Of a DNA stretch of 64,000 nt, positions 50,935-60,616 are shown piece by piece. The DNA lies in the NCBI GenBank assembly GCA_017479935.1, contig JAFVBO010000124.1, positions 2,922 through 66,921 of the forward strand, given 5' to 3'. The notes below the pieces were generated by a model. The model was not told where the DNA came from. It saw only the letters and a list, made by a program, of their open reading frames with translations, and did not search any database. Numbering within the stretch: the stretch's first letter is position 1; every line of letters starts with the position of its first letter. This stretch comes from Lachnospiraceae bacterium (lineage in GTDB: Bacteria > Bacillota > Clostridia > Lachnospirales > Lachnospiraceae). The position numbers and the translations under genes were made by a program.

Positions 50935-53900
50935 AATTCTTTCTCCTTCCCTTCCTTCACAGTGAAATATACATACAAGAACGTCGGGATCAGAGCAGCA
51001 AGACCGATCGCAATGACGATAAACCGGATCGATTTCTCCCACCAGGCCTGTACGTGGACCAACTCCACGTTCTTGGATGTTCCATTCATGGCATTGCTGT
51101 TCACGTAGGTGTACAGGATTCGGTGCGCAGCCTGACGAAGTGCTGCGTGAAGAACCGGATCTTCTTCCAGTTTCGCTTCTTCAAAGAAACCGCCATACAG
51201 CGTCGCGTCAGTCGTATCAAAGTAATCCGTACCGGCCTTTACTGCTTCTGGCGCATGGTAATAGGTGAGAAGTGCAACCGCCATATCGGTGATGGCGCAG
51301 CCTTCAAAGCCCCATTCATTGCGGAGAATCTGCGTCATGACCGGATAAGACTCTCCCACCCAGGTGCAGCCGATACGGCTGAAGGACTCCATCACGCCCA
51401 TGGATTTCGTCTTGCCTTCTTCTTTGGCAAGAATTCCCTCAAAGGCCCGCAAAGACAGCTCTCTGGCTTCCTGCTCCGTCATAAAGATGGATCCGCCATA
51501 GCGGTTGGTCTCCTGATCGTTAAAAGCAAAGTGCTTGGTGAAAGCCACGCCGCCCTTGGAGGCGTATCCTTCGCTGACCGCCGCGCCCATGATGCAGGCA
51601 ATCATCGGCTCCTCGCCGTAATACTCTCCGTTTCGTCCGGAGAATGCGTTTCTTCCAAGATTAGCCGCGGAAATGCCCCACAAGCCCGTACGTCCCAGAA
51701 GAATGCTCTCATTTCCCATCAGCTCGCCACGCTCATACTCTAACTCTCTGTTAAACGAGGCTGCACAGACCAATGTGCCTTCGTAGCAGCGAGAAGCAAT
51801 CGCGCCTTCCGTTGTCTCGCCCTTCCAGTTGGTATAGCCCGTATAGCCGTTGTACCACTTGTCGCCGTCATACTGCAAAACAGCCGAATACCAGCCGATC
51901 GGACCATCGCCGTCCTTGGATCCGGGGTAACTGATGGACGTGCTGGCATAAGTGAAGCCGTTGCCTGCTGCCACAATCTTTGCCATATCGTCCGCGGACA
52001 TCTGGTCCAGGATCATGTCCCAGGCCTCATCATTATAATCGGCGCCCATCATCATGGACACCTGGTACTCTGTCCCAGCCCCATTCGTGATGCCAAAGGC
52101 AGCTTCCACATCCAGGCTTCCTGCCGAATAATCCTTTCCGTTCACACTTGTCTGGCCGATCATTTCCTTCAGCATTGCTTCCGTTGCTGTCAGCTTGCTG
52201 CTGGTGCGACCGTTTCCTTCGCCTTCCACGATGGTCGGGAACGTATTCCAGTCATTTCTGGTTACGTAGGTAACCTTCTCACCCTCAGACAGCCAGTAGT
52301 TGATATCGGCATCCTGAAGCTGATTGGTGATCGTCTCTCCCGTGTAGCGAGAGATGGAATAGGTTGTTTCGTCACGGGAAGACTGGTTAAACGACCACAC
52401 CTTCGCGGCATCGCCTTCCGCATCCATCTTCTCTTTGTTTACAGACACGCCGTCCTGTGCCTTCTTCGCCAGCACGTTGTTTAACGCGTCATGTGCGCCG
52501 TTTCCGAGTGCAAAATAATGTTTTCCCTCTGAAAGGATATAACCGCCTTCACCATTGTTCGCCTTGGAATCCCAACTGACAATGTCATACAAGCTCACCG
52601 TGATAGAAAGCGTCTCGCTCTCTCCGGGTGCCAGATTCTTCGTCTTTTCAAAGCCCGCCAGCTGGATCGCCGACTTCTCGCAGCCGTTTTCGATATCCGC
52701 CTGTGTATACGGCGTGGACGCATAAATCTGAACCACGTCCTTCCCGGCCACATCTCCTTTGTTTGTCACCTTTACCTGAAAGGTGTAGCTTTTCTCTTCT
52801 TCATTCCATGTAGGTTCGCCCACCAGCTCCTGGTCAAATTCGGTGTAGGAAAGGCCATAACCAAAGGTATATGCCACCTCTTCCCCATAATTCCAAAGGC
52901 CTGTGGAGGCAAATACGCCCGCTTCGGATTCCGCGTTGCCCTGACCTAAGACAACATCCTCGTACCGGGTTTCATAGTACCGATATCCTACGTAAATACT
53001 TTCCTTCTGAGAGACATACCAGATGGCCCGGAAGGGGTTTTCGCTGCCAACCGTATAGCCAGCTTCATTGGCCGCGAAATAAGCCTCCACTTCTTCCGCA
53101 TTCGCGTATGCCACACTTCCCATATCCTGTGCAGAAGGGGAAGACAGGGAATGCTCGGACCACAAATCGATCAGCTTCGCGGAAGGGTTGACCGCACCCG
53201 TCAGGACATCCACCACACCGTCAATTCCGTTGTAGCCAAGGCCGCCCACCTGGATCACCGCATCAATCTTCTCGTCGTTCTGAACGCCAGCCAGACCAAT
53301 CTGATGGTTCGTGTTCAGCATCAGGATCACTTTGCCAAACCCAGCGTTCTCGGCCATTTCAATCAGAGCCTTTTCACTCTCCGTCAATTCCAGAGAAGAT
53401 ACCCCATAAACCGCTTCGCTTGTGCCTGTCTGACCGCTTCCTGTATCATAGATCGGCTGATCCGCCTCACCAGACCAAAGGTCAAATCCTTCGCCGCAGT
53501 TCCGGCGCAGCACGATGATGGCTACATCGTTGTACTCTGCCATGGACGCCTTCGCCTCCGCAGAAATATTGTCAGGATGAACTTCGCCGATGATCAGATC
53601 GCCCACCAGGCCATAGTAACCAGCAGGGTTATTCTGGTTCACACCGCTGTTCGCATAGAAATTGTACATCGTCATGTTGACGTCAAATCCGGCTTCGGAA
53701 AGTGCCTGGTCAAAATGCTTGCAGAACGAGTTAGCATTTGCCACCTGGCCCGCTCCTGCATCCATGCCGTAGACCAGATCGGCTGATGCCTGCCCAAGAA
53801 GCGTAATCTTTGTCTTTGTTCCATCTTTTTCCGCCGCGATCGGGAGTGCTGCGTTCTCGTTCTTTAACAGCACCGTTCCCTCTCCCACCGCCTTGCGGAT

Positions 53901-54128
53901 ATGCTCAATCTTCGCCTCCATAAGCTCGGTGGTATTGGCGTAATCCGCCTTAAAGTACTGAGCGTCTGTTTCCTCGTCCAGCGACACCACTTCGGTTCCG
54001 CTTGTGTTGAAATAATCGTGAATATACGGGGAAATGCCAAAGCTGTACACGCCTATCGACATGGCAAGCGCCACGGCAAATGCGGACAGCGTAACGGCTG
54101 ACAAGGCCCGTGTTACTCGTCTCTTCAT
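50931..54128 (-). CDS. glycoside hydrolase family 3 protein, domain-permuted, doubly anchored (GH3-2)
   Basis: 1065 aa, paralog of GH3-1. Carries 'VLLKNENAALPI', 'VVQIYASTPY...LAGFEKTKNLAPGESETLSI', 'FTKHFAFNDQETNR' and 'WGFEGCAITDM'. The C-terminal TM is 'IRFIVIAIGLAALIPTFLYVYF'. Confidence 0.85.
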   Translation of the reverse strand: MKRRVTRALSAVTLSAFAVALAMSIGVYSFGISPYIHDYFNTSGTEVVSLDEETDAQYFKADYANTTELMEAKIEHIRKAVGEGTVLLKNENAALPIAAEKDGTKTKITLLGQASADLVYGMDAGAGQVANANSFCKHFDQALSEAGFDVNMTMYNFYANSGVNQNNPAGYYGLVGDLIIGEVHPDNISAEAKASMAEYNDVAIIVLRRNCGEGFDLWSGEADQPIYDTGSGQTGTSEAVYGVSSLELTESEKALIEMAENAGFGKVILMLNTNHQIGLAGVQNDEKIDAVIQVGGLGYNGIDGVVDVLTGAVNPSAKLIDLWSEHSLSSPSAQDMGSVAYANAEEVEAYFAANEAGYTVGSENPFRAIWYVSQKESIYVGYRYYETRYEDVVLGQGNAESEAGVFASTGLWNYGEEVAYTFGYGLSYTEFDQELVGEPTWNEEEKSYTFQVKVTNKGDVAGKDVVQIYASTPYTQADIENGCEKSAIQLAGFEKTKNLAPGESETLSITVSLYDIVSWDSKANNGEGGYILSEGKHYFALGNGAHDALNNVLAKKAQDGVSVNKEKMDAEGDAAKVWSFNQSSRDETTYSISRYTGETITNQLQDADINYWLSEGEKVTYVTRNDWNTFPTIVEGEGNGRTSSKLTATEAMLKEMIGQTSVNGKDYSAGSLDVEAAFGITNGAGTEYQVSMMMGADYNDEAWDMILDQMSADDMAKIVAAGNGFTYASTSISYPGSKDGDGPIGWYSAVLQYDGDKWYNGYTGYTNWKGETTEGAIASRCYEGTLVCAASFNRELEYERGELMGNESILLGRTGLWGISAANLGRNAFSGRNGEYYGEEPMIACIMGAAVSEGYASKGGVAFTKHFAFNDQETNRYGGSIFMTEQEARELSLRAFEGILAKEEGKTKSMGVMESFSRIGCTWVGESYPVMTQILRNEWGFEGCAITDMAVALLTYYHAPEAVKAGTDYFDTTDATLYGGFFEEAKLEEDPVLHAALRQAAHRILYTYVNSNAMNGTSKNVELVHVQAWWEKSIRFIVIAIGLAALIPTFLYVYFTVKEGKEKEL

Positions 54129-54309
54129 GATTCTCCTCCTTGTTCTTTCGTTTCGTCATGCCTGTAAAGGGAAAACGAATTCGTTCCGGCCGGGATCTTC
54201 CCGTATCCAGGCAACATCCGTGTCTCCAGAATAAAAAGAAGCCCCCGCAAAAGCAAGGACTCCTTCATAATTTGATTTTTGGTCGACATTTTCTGCTGGC
54301 AATTTTCTT

Positions 54310-55662
54310 TTACATGGACGGAAAAAGTATATTGACCTTAAACAATCCGTTATCCGTATCCAGCGAGAGTGATCCATCATACTGCTCTACAATACGCCGA
54401 ATACTTTTCATCCCAAACCCGTGAAAGTTAGTATCCTCCTTGCCCGTAACAGGAAGACCACCTTCCATGATAATCTTTCCTTCGTAGTAGTTCCGCACGT
54501 TCACGACCAGCATCTCATTTACCCGCTTAATATTCAAGGCAATCACGCGTTTCTCCGGGATTTCAATTTTTCTCACGGCTTCAATCGCATTGTCCAGGAT
54601 ATTCCCGAACAGAATGTACAGATCTGTGTCACGGATGAAATTCAGGCGCTCCGCTTCCGCCAGGCAGGTAAGGCGGATACCGTAGTGGGAACAGATTAAG
54701 CTCTTTTCAGTCAATATAACATCCAATGTCTCGTTTCCGGTTTTGACCACCGAATCGTAGATAGAAATTGCTTTTTCGATATCCTTCAGTTCTTGATCAT
54801 CGATGCCGCGGCCATGGCGCCAGCTTTTGACCATATGCTTTAAATCATGGCACTTCTGGTTGATGATGTCCACCGACTCCTTCGAGGCAAGGTACTGTTT
54901 TTCTTTTTCTCCCAGCAGATATGAAAATAGCAAAATCTCATCCCGCAGCTGTTCGTTTCTTAGCATGTTGAACTGTAATACCAAAGAGGTGATACAGCCA
55001 AATGCCATGAAAACCATAAAGATCACGTAGTAAACCTGGTCAAAAGCCTCCCTGCTGTGGTACACCACTACCGCGTTTAAAATGATTACCGAGATCTCTA
55101 TCAGAAAAGCATACAGGAAAAAGCTGATGTTTTGCAGATGAAGCGTTTCCTCTTTCTTCAGCCTCTCCGCAAACAATAGACCAAACACCAGATAGACGAC
55201 ACTATAGAAAGTCAGATCACTCAGAAAATAGAAAATGGAGGTGATCTGTACGGAACTGTTCCCATAACTTCCGATCAGCATATCTTTCACCGGGCTGGCA
55301 TAATCCCCTCCCCCTATGAAAAAGGAAGACGATGCAACAATCAGTTGGGAAATAGCATAGGCAATCTCTTTCACGGTGAAAGCAGCAAAACAGCAAAAGA
55401 GAACAGTCAGCCATGATTCGTCGTAGCAAAACTTCATGAACAGAACCGTGACAACAAACAAAACCAGAAATAAAAAGGATGCATAGAAGGCGTTGTATGC
55501 AAGGATGGGAAAGAAAAAAGCCACCAATATGCACACCATATACGAAAAGACCACTCGAGGCACGTAGCCTTCCTTTCTTTTCCGTGATGTCACAAACATA
55601 TGCTCCGCCACTAAAAGCTCCAGCATAAACAACATTTTATTGAGCCATAATTGCGTAAACAT
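54310..55662 (-). CDS. AgrC/HPK10-like sensor histidine kinase (GHKL)
   Basis: About 6-7 N-terminal TM segments, H-box 'CHDLKHMV', N-box 'LFGNILDNAIEA' and G-box 'GFGMKSIRRIVEQYDGSL'. Confidence 0.85.
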   Translation of the reverse strand: MFTQLWLNKMLFMLELLVAEHMFVTSRKRKEGYVPRVVFSYMVCILVAFFFPILAYNAFYASFLFLVLFVVTVLFMKFCYDESWLTVLFCCFAAFTVKEIAYAISQLIVASSSFFIGGGDYASPVKDMLIGSYGNSSVQITSIFYFLSDLTFYSVVYLVFGLLFAERLKKEETLHLQNISFFLYAFLIEISVIILNAVVVYHSREAFDQVYYVIFMVFMAFGCITSLVLQFNMLRNEQLRDEILLFSYLLGEKEKQYLASKESVDIINQKCHDLKHMVKSWRHGRGIDDQELKDIEKAISIYDSVVKTGNETLDVILTEKSLICSHYGIRLTCLAEAERLNFIRDTDLYILFGNILDNAIEAVRKIEIPEKRVIALNIKRVNEMLVVNVRNYYEGKIIMEGGLPVTGKEDTNFHGFGMKSIRRIVEQYDGSLSLDTDNGLFKVNILFPSM

Positions 55663-55663
55663 G

Positions 55664-56371
55664 TCAGGTTATCTCCCCCCAGTATTCGTTCAGTCTCTGG
55701 ATAAAATCTTTTCTCTTGGGCCGACTCATCTCTAACGTCTCCTCCCCAACCAGAACCGTATAGCCCTCTACTTTTCTGACATGACGCAGATTTACGAGAT
55801 AGCAGGCGTTGCACCGGGTAAAGGTTACCATCTTAGGATTGCTCTCCAATTGTTTTAACGATCCGTAAACTGTATACTTACATTCTCTTGTGTGGTAAAT
55901 CAGCTGATGCCCCTGCGTTTCGATATACGTGATGTCCTGCGTATTTAACCCCACAAGGCCTTTACCGGTTGTCAGAACCACTTCTACTCCCCGGCGGCTC
56001 TCAATGTACCGGCAGAGTTTATCCATCTTCATGGCGAAATCATAGTAGGAAACCGGTTTGACTACAAAATCAAAGGCATGCACCTCGTACCCTTTGATAG
56101 CCATCTGTGCCAGGTTCGTGACAAAGATTAACGGCACCTGACTGTCCAGTTCCCGCAGCTTCCGCGAAGCTTCCATTCCGTCCATGAATGGCATATCAAT
56201 GTCCATGAATACCATGTCATAGTCCGATGGATAGTTGTTCAAAAAAATCACAGCGTTTTTGTGACGGAACACCTGCAGGGGCTGATTGTTCTCTTTCTCG
56301 TACCGGTGCAGGAAATCCTCTAGTGTTCCTGCTGCATCCGCTTCGTCTTCTACAATTGCTATTTTCAGCAT
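55664..56371 (-). CDS. LytTR-family response regulator
   Basis: ATG at 56371. The receiver is 'MLKIAIVEDE...DMVFMDIDMP' and the C-terminal LytTR domain is '..ITYIETQGHQLIYHT....YTVYGSLKQLE'. Confidence 0.9.
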   Translation of the reverse strand: MLKIAIVEDEADAAGTLEDFLHRYEKENNQPLQVFRHKNAVIFLNNYPSDYDMVFMDIDMPFMDGMEASRKLRELDSQVPLIFVTNLAQMAIKGYEVHAFDFVVKPVSYYDFAMKMDKLCRYIESRRGVEVVLTTGKGLVGLNTQDITYIETQGHQLIYHTRECKYTVYGSLKQLESNPKMVTFTRCNACYLVNLRHVRKVEGYTVLVGEETLEMSRPKRKDFIQRLNEYWGEIT

Positions 56372-56502
56372 CGTTCCTGTTCTCCGTTCTGTTCTCCGTT
56401 CCAGTCCTGTAGTCCTCATTTTTCACGGCCGCTTCTCCTCATGGCACGTGAACAACCGCCCTCTTTCTTAAAGTTTTACCCTGTATGGTAAGGAAAATCA
56501 AG

Positions 56503-56534
56503 CAAAAAAAACAGGAAGCCTTATAAGGCTTCCC
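56503..56534 (-). terminator. rho-independent terminator of the Rpn-family gene
   Basis: The minus strand reads GGGAAGCCTTATAAGGCTTCCTG followed by TTTTTTTT. Confidence 0.7.
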
Positions 56535-56695
56535 GAGTACTTGATTTCCTACGGAAGATGGGACATGGACTTCATTTGGCAGGAAAAACTGATAAAGAAA
56601 GGATTCTCGGAGCCGTCAACTGCCGGGAACCCTAAAGGGAACCCCTCGATTTTCAGAAAGTGCCCCGACATTTTCCTTCAAAAACACAAAGTACA

Positions 56696-57562
56696 TTACT
56701 TGGTACTCATCTTCTGCTCAAATGCCGTCTCTGTGATACCTGCGCGTTTGGCTGCATCCTTAATAGAGAGGATTCCATCCTTGACCAGTGAAATAAGTGT
56801 GTCTATGATACCTTCGGCACGTCCTTCTCTTCTTCCATCTTCTTTGAACAGTTCCATCTGCTCAGCTTCATTATACTCAGTCAGCAACATACCCTTCACC
56901 TCCGCCCGATGTGCTTCCAGGAATGGTTTGATCAGATACTCTTTGGGCATGGTGGAAATCGCTTTGTCGATTGCGCTGCTCATTCCTTCTTCATCTTTCG
57001 TTGTATTGTTTCTGCGCACTTCTTCCACTAGCCATGCATACTCTCCAAGCGGCTTGCACGCGTTAAGCAGTTCTTTGTTCCTGCCTACGTTTACGTTCAG
57101 CATGCGAACTTTAACCTCTATATCGGGATCCGCTCCTTCCGGGAAGGATTCGCTCAGCCGTAAAATCTTCTCATCAGCTTGATCCATCGTTCCATTATAG
57201 AAAACTACCAGTTTGGGAACGGGCAATTGCAGCAATCCGCTTCCATACTTGTTCAGCTTGTTTTCTTTCACATACTTTTCATACAAATTTCCTGCATACT
57301 GGAGCAATCGTAACGGCATGTTCGGATTATACGTAGACTGCTGTTCATACAAGGCCATTTCTTCCGCAATCAAGAACGAAACGTCGTTATGCATTCCAAG
57401 ATACATGACCTCTTTGATCGTTGTGATCTGTATTGCATCCGGATCCGTATAGCTGGAGCCGTTGACTGCATTGTACAGGCTTAATGTCCATGCCTTGTTT
57501 TCTTCCGATCCAAACAGAAAGTTGAACAATCTGTCCTTATACTGCGTATTGTCGACTGCCAT
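56696..57562 (-). CDS. Rpn-family (PD-(D/E)XK, 'putative transposase'-like) recombination-promoting nuclease
   Basis: 288 aa with a 'YKDRLFNFLFG....WTLSLYNA' N-terminus, an 'IEVKVRMLNVN' core and a C-terminal '..GIIDTLISLVKDGILSIKDAAKRAGITETAFEQKM' helix bundle. Truncated copies lie at 45009, 46108 and 58075. Confidence 0.75.
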   Translation of the reverse strand: MAVDNTQYKDRLFNFLFGSEENKAWTLSLYNAVNGSSYTDPDAIQITTIKEVMYLGMHNDVSFLIAEEMALYEQQSTYNPNMPLRLLQYAGNLYEKYVKENKLNKYGSGLLQLPVPKLVVFYNGTMDQADEKILRLSESFPEGADPDIEVKVRMLNVNVGRNKELLNACKPLGEYAWLVEEVRRNNTTKDEEGMSSAIDKAISTMPKEYLIKPFLEAHRAEVKGMLLTEYNEAEQMELFKEDGRREGRAEGIIDTLISLVKDGILSIKDAAKRAGITETAFEQKMSTK

Positions 57563-57659
57563 ATCCCCTTCCTCTTTTCTTCTTCATCTTCTGAACAAAG
57601 AGTACCACAAATCGTCCATTTTTTCAACCAGGAAGCTGTCAAGTGGAAAATTCCCTCTC

Positions 57660-58140
57660 TAGCTACGCTGAGGCTTTTTGACCTGTACTGAATGTAGCGC
57701 AGGCCACTGTCCGTCATGGTCTTGATGGTGCGGTTTAGCACCTGCTCATACGAAAAGGCGCCGCTATGAATATCAATCATGGCAGCGTCTAGCGTATTCT
57801 TGTAAAATTCCTGGGTGCCCACATACGTGATCTGGGTGGATCCTTTTGACTTCGCCGCGAAGCCGGGGGTCTGGGTGATGTTTTCCAGCTGCCCGTGCGT
57901 CTGAACCTTTGTAGCCTCCACGAGCTGCTGCAGAACCGTGTTCTGCTCATATGGGATCTGCTGCATGCCCATCAGGCTATAAGCCGGCTTGTAGGTATAA
58001 TAGGCCTCGTACACGGCCGCGCTGAAGATCAGATCAAGCTGTTTATCTGATGCCTGCAGAAGTAAACTCTCTTCGTCATTTGTTGTGTTGTTCCTGCGCA
58101 CTTCTTCCACTAACCATGCATACTCTGCAAGCAGTCTTCC
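57660..58140 (-). pseudogene. chimeric remnant: phage minor-capsid-like fragment fused to an Rpn-gene fragment
   Basis: Part of ORF 57481..58233. 58075-58140 duplicates 57000-57060 of the Rpn gene (EYAWLVEEVRRNNTT). 57660-58075 encodes '...FYKNTLDAAMIDIHSGAFSYEQVLNRTIKTMTDSGLRYIQY', which resembles a phage head-morphogenesis/minor capsid protein. Both ends are truncated. Confidence 0.4.
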
Positions 58141-58192
58141 ATTGCTGCCCCCTCTGGCTCTGGCCGAATCATCCTGCAATCCCAGTATTCTC

Positions 58193-58669
58193 TTATCTAT
58201 AACACCGCATACATTCTGTTTTGCCCATTGCAATTGCCTCCTCTACAGGAACCAATATCGGGTTTTCCATATTACTGCACCTCTCATCAAGATGATACCT
58301 TTTGCTGTTTTGGGTAATCCAGACATAACCCACATGGGTCTGCGTAGGTACCGGATCCGTATTTCGAGCGATTGGTTCTTTCTGTGGAGCCGTCTCTGGT
58401 ACTGGACGTATAATCACCGCAGCAGTCGTAGGGATTTCTGTATCCGAAAGGAAATCCGCCGAAACGTATGCAATGCCGCTTAGGTATTGGATCCTTGCCC
58501 AGCCATTTTCTACAGAGCTGACATAAACAGCTTCCCCTTCCTGTAACTGACCAATGACACCAGAATCTGCCCCCGGAAGGTTCCGGACATTCAGATCGGT
58601 CTTTGAATATAACATGACCCACTGTTCTTTCGGTTCTTTTACAGGATCAGGTTCCGCATCCTGCCTCAT
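58193..58669 (-). CDS. SH3b-domain protein with C-terminal Cys/His motif (possibly 5'-truncated)
   Basis: 'LNVRNLPGADSGVIGQLQEGEAVYV..VENGWARIQY.GIAYVSADFL' is bacterial SH3-like. The C-terminus is 'YHLDERCSNM......CMRC'. No signal peptide. Confidence 0.55.
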   Translation of the reverse strand: MRQDAEPDPVKEPKEQWVMLYSKTDLNVRNLPGADSGVIGQLQEGEAVYVSSVENGWARIQYLSGIAYVSADFLSDTEIPTTAAVIIRPVPETAPQKEPIARNTDPVPTQTHVGYVWITQNSKRYHLDERCSNMENPILVPVEEAIAMGKTECMRCYR

Positions 58670-58689
58670 ATCTGCTCTCTTTGTTTCAG

Positions 58690-59364
58690 ACGTTGCCTGA
58701 TCAGGGGAAGATTTTGCATCTGCAGGCTCAAGAACCTCAGATCATTCGAGGAGGCGCAACCGAATCAGCCCTTTATTCCGTCCTCATTCCTGTTTTATAA
58801 AAATTCAGTGACGAATACCCTCACGTTAGCTTTCAAATCAAAGGTTGCTCTACTTCGGATCTAGTCCGGATGTTGGAAGACCGTAGCATCGATGTTGCCC
58901 TCGGCGTAACTCCTCTTCCTAAGGGCATTGTATTGCCGATTATTGAACTGCTTGAATTACGGGATGTGTTCTTTGCCCACAAAGACTATCCCGTTGATGA
59001 CCGTATTCCGCTTACCCCTTCATTGCTCTGTGCCATGCCGATTGTCGGAGTAGGCCCCTTAAGCAGTGCAGGCAGCCACATCGCATCCTATTTCCAAGAA
59101 CAAGGCCTTACATACAGTCCGGCGTTTACAGTAGAGACATCTACAAACGTTCTTCCTTTTGTAGAACGACGCTTGGCCATTGGCCTGGCACCCCGCTGGT
59201 GTATGAGACAAAGCCGTGCAGCGGCTGACCTGCGCGAGTTAAATACGAGTTTCTCAATTCCTACACGCAAGGTGTTTTTGGCTTCGAATGAGCGAAGAAC
59301 CCTGTCTCCCATCTGCCGAAAGTTTGTAGATGTCATTCTCGAACGCGACATGACGAATGAGTAA
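58690..59364 (+). pseudogene. LysR-family regulator remnant (substrate-binding domain only, in-frame stop)
   Basis: The frame reads ..IIRGGATESALYSVLIPVL*KFSDEYPHVSFQIKGCSTSDLVRMLEDRSIDVALGV... with a TAA at 58798-58800. The N-terminal HTH (about 65 aa) is absent. Confidence 0.55.
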
Positions 59365-59373
59365 CCTGGAATT

Positions 59374-59404
59374 AAAAAAAGCAGAGCGTTTCCGCTCTGC
59401 TTTT
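59374..59404. terminator. bidirectional terminator (shared 28-nt sequence with 46304..46336)
   Basis: AAAAAAAGCAGAGCGTTTCCGCTCTGCTTTT lies 3' of the PAP2 gene that ends the second GH3 operon. Confidence 0.7.
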
Positions 59405-59476
59405 CCGGTAATTATTAATTTTCAATCTGTAATGATTGACCGTTTGATTCTGCTTTCGTTCCTGATTAGCAGTATC

Positions 59477-60610
59477 TTAACATATGATATGCGTTCTCCA
59501 TGATTTCTCATGGTCATCCTCCTGTCTCGACCAGCTCCAAAGCTTTCGGATGCCCCATCTCGCCACCATCACAATCAGATAGGCTGCCAGGCCTCCGATC
59601 ACCACATCTGTAAGGAAGTGAGCTCCCGCCATCACTCGTCCCAGGCCCACGATCACGGTAAGGAGCGTGGGAACTAAGAAGCAGGCTGCCCTGCCGGTGC
59701 GCCTCATATCCGGAAACAGATCCGGCAAACAGAGAGCTGCATAGGAGACTGCTGCCGCATAAGTATGCCCAGAAGGAAAAGATTTGCAGGTATCCGACAG
59801 CCCAAGGAACCGTTCGGCAGCAGAAAGCGTCCCTGCTGCCAGTTCCCCGGTTCTACTGAGGACTCTGGATCCACGAAAAACATACCACGGGGTATACTCG
59901 GAAAAGTCCCCGATGACATTCATCGTTCGAAAGCGCACGCGTCCCGCCGGACCCTTGATCGCCTCGATCATCACCGTGTAGAACAGAATGGCTATCAGGA
60001 TTACCACAGCAACCTGTACCAGTCTGTCTACAACCTCTTTCCTAAGCCGGTAGAAACAAAGGATCAGCAAGACGGCCAGAAGCGCTGCCAGAACAGCCTG
60101 CAGCCACGTGGTCCCGGGAACGGACGAAACCAGTTCTTTCGTCTGGCTTGCACTTTCTATGACGTTGCCAGCCATCGGCAGGCCATTTTCTTCCATCAGC
60201 AGCGCTTCCTTCAAGAAGCGCTGTGGATAATCAAAATACTCATGCACCGTGCTGTATGCTTCATAGACGCAGCCCGCTCCGGACAACATGAGCAGCGCAC
60301 TCTTCAAAAGCTTCCAGCTCTTCCCATCCCCCGCCCGGAAGATGAACAGCCGGTCCCCCTCACGCGTCCGTGCGACAGCCACAAACAGAATGGCCGTCGC
60401 AACAGCGCCAAACAGGTAGATCAGAGAAAAACCGGACATCTCGATAAAGAGAGCGAAGCGGTTGACCGTATAATATTTTCCGGCAGGAAGCCACTTACCG
60501 GCAAGAGCCGTGGATATTTCCAGGTCATAAAACGACCCAATCGCCAGAAGCACTGCCGCCATCAGAAGGATGCTTCCTGTTATCTGATTATTTCTTTGCC
60601 CGTTTTTCAT
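59477..60610 (-). CDS. PAP2-family membrane phosphatase
   Basis: Polytopic. The C-terminal region has 'SFPSGHTYAA' and 'RVMAGAHFLTDVV' (PAP2 motifs PSGH and SR.....H...D). Confidence 0.8.
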   Translation of the reverse strand: MKNGQRNNQITGSILLMAAVLLAIGSFYDLEISTALAGKWLPAGKYYTVNRFALFIEMSGFSLIYLFGAVATAILFVAVARTREGDRLFIFRAGDGKSWKLLKSALLMLSGAGCVYEAYSTVHEYFDYPQRFLKEALLMEENGLPMAGNVIESASQTKELVSSVPGTTWLQAVLAALLAVLLILCFYRLRKEVVDRLVQVAVVILIAILFYTVMIEAIKGPAGRVRFRTMNVIGDFSEYTPWYVFRGSRVLSRTGELAAGTLSAAERFLGLSDTCKSFPSGHTYAAAVSYAALCLPDLFPDMRRTGRAACFLVPTLLTVIVGLGRVMAGAHFLTDVVIGGLAAYLIVMVARWGIRKLWSWSRQEDDHEKSWRTHIIC

Positions 60611-60616
60611 TTCTTT

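Noticed and set aside
56696-58233. An active prophage or IS element in the 56.5-58.3 kb region.
   Set aside because: Only one capsid-like fragment truncated at both ends is present. There is no integrase, terminase or tail gene and no terminal inverted repeats. Rpn-family genes are not classical IS transposases.
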